From Nitrospira sp. (GTDB lineage Bacteria > Nitrospirota > Nitrospiria > Nitrospirales > Nitrospiraceae), in NCBI GenBank assembly GCA_047150005.1, contig AP038806.1, positions 2,464,001-2,528,000 of the forward strand: a stretch of 64,000 nucleotides of DNA. The letters run 5' to 3'. Under the pieces are notes generated by a model, which was given only the letters and a program-made list of their open reading frames with translations, was not told where the DNA came from and did not search any database. The translations under genes were made by a program, and so were the position numbers. This document shows positions 11,560 through 20,583 of this stretch, one piece after another. Within the stretch, counting starts at the first letter, position 1; each line of letters begins with the position of its first letter.

Positions 11560-12663
11560 ATGAAAGCTGTGGCCGTTTTTCCGGGAAAGCCTGATTCCAT
11601 TCATCTCGCCGACCTGCCGAAACCGTCCGTGCACGAGATTCCGAACGGACGAGGAGTCCTGGTGCAAGTGTTGCGCGTCGGGGTCGACGGCACGGACAAG
11701 GAAATCAACGCGGCGGAGTACGGCCAGGCTCCCCCTGGCTGTGACTTTCTCGTCATCGGTCATGAATGTTTTGGCCGAGTCATGGAAGTCGGCCCGCACG
11801 TGCGCGAATTCATGCCGGGCGACTATGTCGTGCCGACGGTACGACGACCGGGTGCGAGCTTTTACGACAAGATCGGTCAATACGACATGACGACCGAGGA
11901 CATCTACTACGAGCGGGGCATCAATTTGAGGCACGGATTCCTGACGGAATATTTCGTGGAGGACCCGGAATACATTGTGAAAGTTCCGAAAGGATTGAAG
12001 CATGTCGGTGTGCTGCTGGAGCCGACTTCCGTCATCGAAAAAGGAATTATCCAAGCCTATGAAGCGCAGCGCCGGTTGAAAGTCTGGCGGCCGAAGCGCG
12101 CCGCCGTGCTCGGCGCGGGCACGATCGGCATGCTGGCGGCTATGTCATTGCGGATGCGAGGGCTCGAAGTGGTGAGCTTCGGCCGCAACCCCGCCCCGTA
12201 CCGGAATTCGGAATTGCTCGCGGAAATCGGGGCACAATACGTCTCGACGCAGGAGACGTCCATTAGAGCCGCGGCGGACACGTACGGGCCATTTGATCTG
12301 ATGTTCGAGGCCACCGGGTTTGCGCCCATTGTCTTCGAGTGCATGGAGCACTTGGGAAAGAACGGCGTCTTAATCCTGTCCAGCGTGACTGGCGGCGGGA
12401 GAAGCGCTCAGGTGCCGGCCGACATGATCAACCTCGGGTTCGTGCTCGGGAACAAGGTCATGGTCGGAACCGTCAATGCCAATCGGGAGTATTTTGAAGC
12501 CGGCGTGTACGATCTGTCTCGTGCCGAACTGGAATTTCCCGGCTGGCTCTCCAAACTCCTGACGCATCCCGTGACGGGGCTGGAGAACTATCGGGACATG
12601 ATGCGGACGTTGACGACGGAAAAACAGGCCATCAAAGTCTATGTGACGGTCGGACAGGATTGA
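11560..12663 (+). CDS. Glucose 1-dehydrogenase-like zinc MDR dehydrogenase
   Basis: [29 protein letters not shown] and GTVNAN motifs of the archaeal-type glucose dehydrogenase subfamily. Confidence 0.82.
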   Translation: MKAVAVFPGKPDSIHLADLPKPSVHEIPNGRGVLVQVLRVGVDGTDKEINAAEYGQAPPGCDFLVIGHECFGRVMEVGPHVREFMPGDYVVPTVRRPGASFYDKIGQYDMTTEDIYYERGINLRHGFLTEYFVEDPEYIVKVPKGLKHVGVLLEPTSVIEKGIIQAYEAQRRLKVWRPKRAAVLGAGTIGMLAAMSLRMRGLEVVSFGRNPAPYRNSELLAEIGAQYVSTQETSIRAAADTYGPFDLMFEATGFAPIVFECMEHLGKNGVLILSSVTGGGRSAQVPADMINLGFVLGNKVMVGTVNANREYFEAGVYDLSRAELEFPGWLSKLLTHPVTGLENYRDMMRTLTTEKQAIKVYVTVGQD

Positions 12664-12698
12664 TGAAGCACGTCTATCCATTAACCAGGAGGAATCCG

Positions 12699-12983
12699 AT
12701 GAAGACCATGATGATCGGTTTGGCTACGGTATTCTGTTTGGCCGGACTCACGCCCCTGTCATTTGCCGACGAGATGGGTAAGATGACAAATGAGATGAAG
12801 GGTGATGCGATGGGGCACAAGGATGCGATGAAAGGGGAAATGAAGGGGACGTCGAACGACATGAAGGGGCAGAAGGATTCCATGAAAGGGGAGACGAAGG
12901 CGAAGCGCGACGAGATGAAAGGGGAGATGAAGGCCACACACGACGGCATGAAGGGTGAAATGAAAGGGGCCATGGGCAAGTAA
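12699..12983 (+). CDS. Secreted methionine-rich repeat protein (MXKDX-like/MrpX-like)
   Basis: SD AGGAGG, 23-aa signal peptide, 13 Met in a 71-aa mature region built of MKG(E/D) repeats. Confidence 0.8.
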   Translation: MKTMMIGLATVFCLAGLTPLSFADEMGKMTNEMKGDAMGHKDAMKGEMKGTSNDMKGQKDSMKGETKAKRDEMKGEMKATHDGMKGEMKGAMGK

Positions 12984-13012
12984 AGTACCCCACTCCATCG
13001 GTCCCACCGAGC

Positions 13013-13052
13013 GATGGCCTGCGGTCCCACACGACTGCAGGCCATCCTTTTT
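13013..13052 (+). terminator. Intrinsic terminator after the Met-rich gene
   Basis: GATGGCCTGCGGTC/GACTGCAGGCCATC stem followed by CTTTTT. Confidence 0.6.
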
Positions 13053-13067
13053 CAGTACTCCGTGGTC

Positions 13068-13094
13068 TGTAAGAACTGTCCCCGCTCGACGACA
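13068..13094 (+). promoter_or_regulatory. Putative ECF sigma promoter, TGTAAG-N16-CGACA
   Basis: Fourth copy of the motif, upstream of the cytochrome b / Mo-enzyme pair. Confidence 0.65.
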
Positions 13095-13130
13095 ATTCTC
13101 ATAGACAGCATCCCGCGAGAGGAGATGATC

Positions 13131-14036
13131 ATGACCACAATGATTGAAAGCGAACCAAATACGCGGAGTCGGATGCGTGGAGCAGTTCTCTCTCCGGACC
13201 GGACACCCGAGGCGCCGAGTTCCGCACCAGCCGGAGCCGTCAAGGAGCAAATCTACCGGCATAAGCTCCCGGTGCGGCTGGGCCATTGGCTCAACGTCCT
13301 CTGTTTGATCATTCTCATCATGAGCGGGCTGCAGATCTTCAATGCCCATCCGGCTCTGTATTGGGGGGATCGGTCCGATCGCGATCGTCCCCTCCTCTCG
13401 ATTCGCCCGGTCAAAACGGAGGACGGCGGCGTGCGAGGCATCACGACCATTTTGGGGCATCGGTTCGACACGACCGGGGTGCTCGGCTATTCCAATGGGT
13501 CGGGCCGCGCGTTCCCGGCATGGGCCACGGTGCCCAGCGCGCGCTGGCTTGCGATGGGGCGGCAGTGGCACCTGTTCTTTGCCTGGGTCTTCGTGGTCAA
13601 CGGTCTCATCTTTACGGCTTACGGAATATACAGCCGCCACTTCAAAAAGGATCTGCTGCCGACCGGCCGAGATTTGAAACAGATCCCGCAAGCCGTGAAA
13701 GACCATCTCCTATTGCGCCATCCGAAAGGTGATGAAGCCAAGCGCTACAACGTGCTCCAGAAACTCGCCTACGTCGGCGTGATCGTTGGCCTGGCTCCGT
13801 TGATCGTGTTGACGGGCCTGACCATGTCTCCGACGATCGATACGGCGTTCCCCTGGTTGTTGACGATCTTCGGCGGACGCCAGGCGGCGCGCACGATTCA
13901 CTTCATCGCCTGTTTCTCGTTCGTCGGGTTCATTGTCATCCATGTATCACAAGTGTTCCTGACAGGGTTCTTCAATAATATTCGTTCGATGATTACCGGA
14001 TGGTTTGTGGTCAAGCAGGAAGGAGCCCAATCATGA
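13131..14036 (+). CDS. Cytochrome b/b6 domain membrane protein (YdhU/MsrQ-like partner)
   Basis: VRLGHWLN..IMSGLQIFNAHP, GRQWHLFFAW, YNVLQKLAY and ARTIHF heme-ligating His motifs. Confidence 0.85.
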   Translation: MTTMIESEPNTRSRMRGAVLSPDRTPEAPSSAPAGAVKEQIYRHKLPVRLGHWLNVLCLIILIMSGLQIFNAHPALYWGDRSDRDRPLLSIRPVKTEDGGVRGITTILGHRFDTTGVLGYSNGSGRAFPAWATVPSARWLAMGRQWHLFFAWVFVVNGLIFTAYGIYSRHFKKDLLPTGRDLKQIPQAVKDHLLLRHPKGDEAKRYNVLQKLAYVGVIVGLAPLIVLTGLTMSPTIDTAFPWLLTIFGGRQAARTIHFIACFSFVGFIVIHVSQVFLTGFFNNIRSMITGWFVVKQEGAQS

Positions 14037-14785
14037 ACAGACGGGAATTCTTAAAAGGCACAGTCGGTGCGGCCAGTGTCGTTGCACTCGCCGGCTGCGA
14101 TAACCTGACCCAGAGCGGCTGGTTTCCCGGCATCCTCAACAAGGCGGAGAACCTGACTGACTTGGTCCAGCGGGCGATCACGCCGGCCGACGCGCTTGCC
14201 AAGGAATACACGGAGGCGGATCTCTCCGCCGTGTTTCCCGCAAACGGCAATACCGATCCGGGCACGCAGGCCTATGCCGAAATGCTCCAGAACCATTTCG
14301 CAGACTGGGACGTGACGATCGACGGGCTCGTATCCCATCCGACCGTCTTTTCACTCGCCGCCATCAAGGACATGCCGGCTCGAACGCAAATTACGCGTCA
14401 CGATTGTGTGGAAGGCTGGAGCGCGATCGGCAAATGGACCGGCGTCCCGCTCGGCGATCTCATGCACAAGGTTGAGCCGTTGGCTCGAGCTCGGTATGCG
14501 GTGGTTTACTGCGCGGACGTCGATGACGAAGGCATTGCCTACTATGAGAGCATGACGCTTCAAGATCTCTATCATCCTCAGACCATCCTGGCCTATGAAC
14601 TGAACAATCAGCCGTTGGATGTCCCGCACGGCGCACCCCTGCGACTCCGATTCGAGCGTCAACTCGGCTACAAGCAGGCCAAGTATGTGACGCGAATCCA
14701 ACTGGTTGAAACCCTCGAAGGCATCGCCGGCGGGAAAGGCGGGTATTGGGAGGATCAGGGGTATGAATGGTACGCGGGCATCTAG
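14033..14785 (+). CDS. Tat-exported molybdopterin oxidoreductase (sulfite oxidase family, MsrP/YedY-like)
   Basis: NRREFLK Tat motif plus LAGC lipobox; QITRHDCVEGWS, HPQTILAY and HGAPLRL..ERQLGYKQAKY. Confidence 0.88.
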   Translation: MNRREFLKGTVGAASVVALAGCDNLTQSGWFPGILNKAENLTDLVQRAITPADALAKEYTEADLSAVFPANGNTDPGTQAYAEMLQNHFADWDVTIDGLVSHPTVFSLAAIKDMPARTQITRHDCVEGWSAIGKWTGVPLGDLMHKVEPLARARYAVVYCADVDDEGIAYYESMTLQDLYHPQTILAYELNNQPLDVPHGAPLRLRFERQLGYKQAKYVTRIQLVETLEGIAGGKGGYWEDQGYEWYAGI

Positions 14786-15021
14786 CCCGACTTATCCTTG
14801 AGCGGTTCTGCTGCAATCGCGAATTCGCTGCTGCAACAAACGTGCACCGGCTTGCGAAGCGTGCAAGTGGGCTGGCTCGTCGCTCGGTCGGTCAATGTCC
14901 TGCTAGGACACCTCCCTTCCTCGCGACTCCACGCGCCCGTTTCGCGACGCGACTTCGCAATCTCGCGACGAACCGTCATGAATAAGGCGGGCTAGATGCC
15001 CGCATTGTGCTGGATACCGGC

Positions 15022-16140
15022 ATGAGATTAGCCAGAACCAGTGCGACGGGTTTGCTCGGAACAGTGGTGGTGAGTTTCCTCACCGGCTGTCTCTCTCCTA
15101 TCGCCCTGCACCGCGCGGTGCAGGAGTATGATCGAACGGTCAGCCAGGTGGAAGCGGAATTGCTCCTGTTGAATATCGCACGGGCGCGCCATCATCGGCC
15201 CGTGCATTTCACCGCTGTGTCCAGCGTGGCGGCAACCTTTGACTTTCGGACGAACGTCGGCATTCGCGGCGGCTTCGGGCCGTCGATCGACTCGACCGAA
15301 CGGCCGCTGAACCTTGAATACGGCGCGAGCGTGGCGGAGAATCCGACGGTCACGATCGTGCCGATTTCAGGTGAGGAATTCACCAAACGGATTCTCCGTC
15401 CTCTCGAGGAGTCCCACTTCGACTTTCTGGCGCATCAAGGGTTCGACATCAACATGATTCTCCGATTGATGGCGAGGGGAATGATCCTGGAGGACGAAGG
15501 GCGGGGCCGTACAGTCCTGTTTAATGCGCCGGCACGCCGAGAAGAATATGCCGCTTTTCGACAGCGTCTCCTGCATCTGGCGTCACTGCAACAGGCGCGC
15601 GCGCTCTATATCGAACCGCTCAGTTATGAGGAGCCCTTTCCGGTGGCTCTGGATCGCGCGCTCACGCCGGCGGAAGTCGTGGCTGCGCTCGACAAGGGCA
15701 ATCGCTGGAGCATCAAGAACCAGCTCAATTCCCAGACCCTGACCCGTAAAGTCGTCGGGCGTCTCGTGATTGCCAACTATGAACCCTGGCGACTCACCAA
15801 TGAAGAACGGCATCGGCTCAATGAAGAGATCCAGTCAACCGTTCAAGGACTGCACCAGAAAATAGCAGGGCTGGCATTTGCCGGGGCAAGAGGGATCAGC
15901 CGTGTTGAGATCAGCACAGATGAAGGTGAGCATTGGACGGCCGCAGACCTGGCGCCATCCCGTTCTCTCTATGCCTGGAGGTTCTGGAGCTATGGCTGGA
16001 CCATATCGGCGCCGGGTCGATATACGCTGGTCGTTCGCGCAACGGATGGAACCGGTGCACGTCAGACGAGCGTGGAGCAAGAACCGGCACCCGATGGCGC
16101 AACCGGCCTCCATGAAATCACAGTCACAGTGACGCTTTAA
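15022..16140 (+). CDS. Chimeric ORF: lipoprotein N-terminus fused to a sulfite-oxidase Mo-co dimerisation-like domain (probable deletion scar)
   Basis: LTGC lipobox and LLLNIARAR..PVHF N-terminal region; last ~95 aa (IAGLAFAGARGISRVEISTDEGEHW..WRFW..VVRATDGTG..Q) is the Ig-like C-terminal domain of sulfite oxidases. Confidence 0.6.
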   Translation: MRLARTSATGLLGTVVVSFLTGCLSPIALHRAVQEYDRTVSQVEAELLLLNIARARHHRPVHFTAVSSVAATFDFRTNVGIRGGFGPSIDSTERPLNLEYGASVAENPTVTIVPISGEEFTKRILRPLEESHFDFLAHQGFDINMILRLMARGMILEDEGRGRTVLFNAPARREEYAAFRQRLLHLASLQQARALYIEPLSYEEPFPVALDRALTPAEVVAALDKGNRWSIKNQLNSQTLTRKVVGRLVIANYEPWRLTNEERHRLNEEIQSTVQGLHQKIAGLAFAGARGISRVEISTDEGEHWTAADLAPSRSLYAWRFWSYGWTISAPGRYTLVVRATDGTGARQTSVEQEPAPDGATGLHEITVTVTL

Positions 16141-16175
16141 AGAAAGGTGGACGACCACCAAGAAAGAAGGCGTCG

Positions 16176-16976
16176 ATGGTTTGGATGTGGATCATTCTCC
16201 TCACGGGAATGGTTGAAACCGGCTGTTCGTCGGTTCCCGAGCGATTTACTCCTCTCGACCCGGTTGACTCCGCTCACGTATCACACCAGTTGCTGAACGA
16301 TGTGTTCCAGACCTCGGTCACAGACGGATCTGTTGACTATCCGCAGATTCAGTTAGATGGGAGATTTGGGGCCTATGTCACGATGCTCGATCGCGTGAAT
16401 CCTTCGGCGATTTCCCCTGGCGATCGCCTTGCATTCTGGATCAACGGCTACAACGCCTGTGCGATTCAGGGCATTCTCGATGGGTACAGTCCGAAGCCCT
16501 ATATCGGCTGGTATCGCTTCTTCAAAGCGCATAGGTGCGGAATTGGAGGAGAGCGACTGAATCTCAGCGGCATCGAACATGAAATTCTGCGCAAGGAGTT
16601 TCATGAGCCGCGCATCCATTTCGCCATCGTCTGTGCCTCTTCATCCTGTCCCAAATTGCCCTCATGGGCCTACGATCCAAGGCAGCTCGATGCGCAATTG
16701 GATCAAGCTGCGCGAGCATTCATCAATGATCCAACGAGGAACCGTTTCGATCGACGACTGAAAATCGCCTACCTGTCGAAGATCTTCGATTGGTTTGAGG
16801 ATGATTTCGCGGGGGATTCCGGTTCGGTTTTACCATTTGTTGCACGGTACGTCCATGACGCGGACCTCGCGCGCGAACTCACGCCGGGTGTATACCGGAT
16901 CGCCTATCTGGACTATGACTGGAGCCTCAATGGTCCAGCGCCGAAGGAGGCGACCCATGCTCGTGCACGGGAATGA
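16176..16976 (+). CDS. DUF547 domain lipoprotein
   Basis: LAFWINGYN, IEHEILR..EPRIHFAIVCASSSCP, LSKIFDWF and YDWSLN motifs. Confidence 0.85.
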   Translation: MVWMWIILLTGMVETGCSSVPERFTPLDPVDSAHVSHQLLNDVFQTSVTDGSVDYPQIQLDGRFGAYVTMLDRVNPSAISPGDRLAFWINGYNACAIQGILDGYSPKPYIGWYRFFKAHRCGIGGERLNLSGIEHEILRKEFHEPRIHFAIVCASSSCPKLPSWAYDPRQLDAQLDQAARAFINDPTRNRFDRRLKIAYLSKIFDWFEDDFAGDSGSVLPFVARYVHDADLARELTPGVYRIAYLDYDWSLNGPAPKEATHARARE

Positions 16977-17613
16977 ACGGGCGCCGATCGCGAAATTATT
17001 GACGTTTCTTGAGCACGGAGAGCGTCTCGCACATGCCTGTGCGAAGGCTCAGGCCGCGTTGACGGTGGATGTCGGTCATCGTCGTTTTCTTCTGACACAA
17101 GCGAGGCAGGAAGCCATGCATGCCATGGTCTTTCAAGGGGCCATCGCCTGGCTCGCGCCGAGGTATCTCGGACAGAGGCCGATGCTCCCGGCATTGGAGG
17201 AATATCGGAAGCGGCTCTTTGATGCCATGGCTCGGAAAGATTTGATCGAGACGATTCTTGCAGAACAAGTCATTTTAGAGGGATTGGGAGAAGCCATCCT
17301 CACCCGTATCGAGGCCGGATTGATGAAGCGGTCCGCCCCCTATGGCCGGTTGCGGCGAATACTGCTGCATCAGGAGGAAGCGCATCATGGATTCGGCCGG
17401 CGTGTTCTCGAACGGGCCATGGCCGAGGGACGCACCGATGTGGCAGCTCTTCGCCACAGTGCACACAACTATCTCGGGTTGACCGAGCAGATGGTTCATT
17501 TCTTGAGCGATCTCTTTGAATCGATTGCTGAGGATCCGGCAGCTTGGGCCGCCGACGTCAGAGCGTTTTTGCCGCCGTGGCTCTCACCGGAAAGGATGGT
17601 CGAGGTGATCTGA
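16957..17613 (+). CDS. Ferritin-like (di-iron) domain protein
   Basis: Paired ExxH motifs (QEAMH, QEEAHH); SD AAGGAGG before ATG 16957. Confidence 0.65.
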   Translation: MLVHGNERAPIAKLLTFLEHGERLAHACAKAQAALTVDVGHRRFLLTQARQEAMHAMVFQGAIAWLAPRYLGQRPMLPALEEYRKRLFDAMARKDLIETILAEQVILEGLGEAILTRIEAGLMKRSAPYGRLRRILLHQEEAHHGFGRRVLERAMAEGRTDVAALRHSAHNYLGLTEQMVHFLSDLFESIAEDPAAWAADVRAFLPPWLSPERMVEVI

Positions 17614-18371
17614 TGGTTTCTGTCGTCGTGCCGGCCTACAACGAAGAGCAGGCTCTGCCGCACACGTTAGAGACCCTGTTGCGGCAAGAGGGAGCCTACG
17701 AAGTGATTCTTGTTGACGGCGGGAGTAGCGATCGGACGCGGGCCATTGCAGAGTCCTTTGGATTCATCAGTGCCGCCGACCAGGCCCATCATCCGCCGCA
17801 GTCGTCTCCGCCGTCGGGCGATAGAAGCGGTGACACGTCTCCTTCCTATCGCATACTGACGGCAACCAAAGGTCGTGCGTCGCAGATGAACACCGGGGCC
17901 AGGGCCGCTCGGGGTGAGTGGTTGCTTTTTCTCCATGCGGATACGATCTTGCCACCCGGCGCGATTCGAAGACTCAATGAGATGCAGTCCGAGCTGGCCG
18001 TCCAGGCCGGCGGGTTTATGCATCAGTTTTCCGGCAGCGACTGGCGCCTCAAATGCATTTCGTTTCTCGACAACGTTCGTTGTCGATGCAGTCACGTCAT
18101 TTACGGTGATCAGGCTCTTTTTGTCCGTCGTACACTGTTTGAACGAATAGGCGGTTTCCCCAATCAGCCGATTCTGGAAGATGTGGCTTTCTGCGAACGC
18201 CTCCTCACGGTGACCCTCCCGGTTGTGCTCTCTCCTCCCGTCGTGACCGATGCCCGGAAGTTCGTGAAGATGGGCATCTGGAAAAGTTTTGTCCGTGTGC
18301 TGCTCATCATCCTTCACGTCGAATTCCACCTGCCGATCCTCCCCCGGGCATTCTTCCAGGATATTCGGTAA
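17613..18371 (+). CDS. GT2 glycosyltransferase (TIGR04283-like)
   Basis: SVVVPAYNEE, VDGGSSD, GRASQMNTGA, FLHADT, YGDQALF and LEDV motifs. Confidence 0.85.
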   Translation: MVSVVVPAYNEEQALPHTLETLLRQEGAYEVILVDGGSSDRTRAIAESFGFISAADQAHHPPQSSPPSGDRSGDTSPSYRILTATKGRASQMNTGARAARGEWLLFLHADTILPPGAIRRLNEMQSELAVQAGGFMHQFSGSDWRLKCISFLDNVRCRCSHVIYGDQALFVRRTLFERIGGFPNQPILEDVAFCERLLTVTLPVVLSPPVVTDARKFVKMGIWKSFVRVLLIILHVEFHLPILPRAFFQDIR

Positions 18372-18490
18372 GCGCAACCGATCGGCATCAGTCTTCATCG
18401 AACCCAAGTAAGCGAAGGGTGTATGGCCAGCGGTCAACGGCAGGAAGCTACCTCTTATTTTCAAGCTCATTTTCAAGCACTTCTGAGGAC

Positions 18491-18517
18491 TGTAATAATT
18501 GCCGGCCCCTTACGTCT
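18491..18517 (+). promoter_or_regulatory. Possible ECF-type promoter, TGTAAT-N16-CGTCT
   Basis: Variant of the four-copy motif with the same spacing; preceded by tandem ATTTTCAAGC repeats. Confidence 0.4.
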
Positions 18518-18561
18518 GTAGAAGTGACGGGGCCGTCACGACTACATCAAGGAGGTTTCAC

Positions 18562-18660
18562 ATGAGGCATATCGAAGCTGACGTCGCCCTACTGCGCCTA
18601 GAGGAACAGGGGGCTTGCTGCGCACGCCCTGGTACGTGTGCGTCACGGGTGCTGACGTGA
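18562..18660 (+). CDS. 32-aa small ORF with three Cys (MRHIEADVALLRLEEQGACCARPGTCASRVLT)
   Basis: Strong SD AAGGAGG; stop codon overlaps the next start (TGATG). Confidence 0.45.
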   Translation: MRHIEADVALLRLEEQGACCARPGTCASRVLT

Positions 18661-19655
18661 TGGGTACAAGGAGGATCGGCACGATCCTCGGGGCGATCGC
18701 GGCCACGGCCGCGGTCGCCTTGACCTTGGTCGCCTGTAGTCAGTTCGAGCAGCGAGACAAGCGCTTCTACTATCGCGCGCTGTGGAATTTCGCGCTTCGC
18801 GAGGACCTGAAGGATCTTGATATCGAATTCAACGGAGTCGACTTCGGCCATTCCAACTTGTACGAACACCTCTTGCTGACAGGAGGCAAAGATGTGCCCG
18901 CCATTGAGGACCGCGCGCGCCGGGAGACGCTCGCCTTTATCGCGTCACGGCCGGTCCTCAACCCGAATGAAGAAGCGATTGCGCCGAACTATATGAAATT
19001 GGCATGGAAGGCGCAGAATACCTTCGATGAAGCCCATGCGCTGCATCGGTCCACCTACGACATTTATGTGTCGGACGTCAAAAATAAGGAGAGCGCCATC
19101 CGCAAGGTACTCGAGTTCTATCAGGACAGCGAGTATGCGATTACGGCGAAGCAGCTGGACCATCACCGGTTGGACAGCCTGCCTTATTCGAAATCGTTCC
19201 GGCGCAGGTTCCCGCTGTTCAATGCCACGATCTGGTCCTATCACTATCTGCAAGTGGCCGTGTATGACGCGTTGGCCGCCGCGCCAACCTTGGCGGCCAA
19301 ACAGAAAGCGGTGGCGCCGATTCTCCGCACATATCGCGGATACCTGGAGAAACCTCCCATCGAATGGACCTTCATGCCGCTCACGGCAGAGTTGAGCCCA
19401 CAATTCGCCGCGCAGTACCCCGAGATCGCCCACATCTTCGACAACCTTCATATGCTCCACGACACGATCAGCGACATCTTGACCACCGACATGTTTTCGA
19501 CGTGGGAGGACAAGCGTGCGGAGATCTATCGAGTCGTGAGGGAATACTACTGGGCTAGTGCGGATGCGACGAATCCCATGATCGTGCCGAAAGAGGTTCA
19601 GCCCCATGCTCCTTCCCCACAGCCGGCAGGGCCGGGCGGACATTCCGGGCACTGA
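18660..19655 (+). CDS. His-rich hypothetical lipoprotein (possible metal binding)
   Basis: LVAC lipobox; DFGH, AHALH, HYLQ and FDNLHMLHD His motifs. Confidence 0.7.
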   Translation: MGTRRIGTILGAIAATAAVALTLVACSQFEQRDKRFYYRALWNFALREDLKDLDIEFNGVDFGHSNLYEHLLLTGGKDVPAIEDRARRETLAFIASRPVLNPNEEAIAPNYMKLAWKAQNTFDEAHALHRSTYDIYVSDVKNKESAIRKVLEFYQDSEYAITAKQLDHHRLDSLPYSKSFRRRFPLFNATIWSYHYLQVAVYDALAAAPTLAAKQKAVAPILRTYRGYLEKPPIEWTFMPLTAELSPQFAAQYPEIAHIFDNLHMLHDTISDILTTDMFSTWEDKRAEIYRVVREYYWASADATNPMIVPKEVQPHAPSPQPAGPGGHSGH

Positions 19656-19662
19656 GGGAGCC

Positions 19663-20436
19663 GTGAACGCATGGATCATCCAAACCGCTGTCGTGCTCCT
19701 GCTCATGCTACCGGCCTTAGCCGCCGCGCTGGATCACGACAATCTCGACCCCAATCGGCCGATTGCCATCGAGGATGCCTATCCGGTACCCCACGGCGAG
19801 ATCGGAGTGGAGGGAGGCGTACTGTTCAATGACCGCAAGCAAGGCAACAGCCGCTGGGTGTTCCAACCTCAGATTCTCATCGGGGCCTTCGCCAATACTC
19901 AAATCGAGCTCAGCAGCAACGTGGCGACAGATCCCACCACGGTCGTCGGCGACGATAAATCCGGAGATCTTTCGCTTGGCGTCCTGTACGAGCTGAATAC
20001 GGAGACCGTCAACGTCCCCGCCTTTGCCGTACGCGCGGGACTGGGATTTCCGACCGGTGTCAATTCACAGGGCGTGGACACCGAACTGACCGGTGTCATG
20101 ACCCGCTCGTTCGGGCGATGGCGAACGCATCTCAACGTGGGGTACACGTTTCTCGGATCTCCGCAGGGGAACGAGCGCTCCGGGTGGTATCGCGTGGTCG
20201 CAGCGGTCAGTTACCCCTTGGGATATCCGACGAGTTTCCGGGACACCATCATTGCCAACGTCTTTACCCGCCAGTCCAACTTGGTCGGTCAGACCAATCC
20301 GACCGGGATTGGAATGGGCCTCCGGCACCAGGTCAGCTCACGGGTCGTCTTCGACATGGGGTTGGGCTCGGAGTTTGCGGGTCCACCGGATCGGTCGGTG
20401 TTCTTCAGCACGATCGGGCTCTCGGTGGGGTTCTGA
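19663..20436 (+). CDS. Putative outer-membrane beta-barrel/transporter
   Basis: Signal peptide, alternating amphipathic strands, C-terminal Phe (LSVGF); GTG start after SD GGGAG. Confidence 0.65.
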   Translation: MNAWIIQTAVVLLLMLPALAAALDHDNLDPNRPIAIEDAYPVPHGEIGVEGGVLFNDRKQGNSRWVFQPQILIGAFANTQIELSSNVATDPTTVVGDDKSGDLSLGVLYELNTETVNVPAFAVRAGLGFPTGVNSQGVDTELTGVMTRSFGRWRTHLNVGYTFLGSPQGNERSGWYRVVAAVSYPLGYPTSFRDTIIANVFTRQSNLVGQTNPTGIGMGLRHQVSSRVVFDMGLGSEFAGPPDRSVFFSTIGLSVGF

Positions 20437-20583
20437 CATCTCTCAAAAGTTTGTACTGTCGACTTGGGGCTTGGACAGCCATGAGCGCCCGCTGGACCAG
20501 CCGGCCTTTGCTCATCGTGGGGTCGCTTCTGACACCATGAGCGCGTATAACGTACGCTTCAAATCCAGAGAGGTGTGAGGTAT

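Noticed and set aside
14830..14975. Degenerate minus-strand sigma-54-like site (GTGCACGTTTGTTGCA) and TCGCGACG repeats
   Set aside because: The invariant GG at -24 is missing and there is no downstream gene on that strand; at most a relic.
20437..20583. Possible metal-sensing riboswitch ahead of the P-type ATPase
   Set aside because: No match to the yybP-ykoY or M-box conserved nucleotides; only a short CCATGAGCGC repeat.
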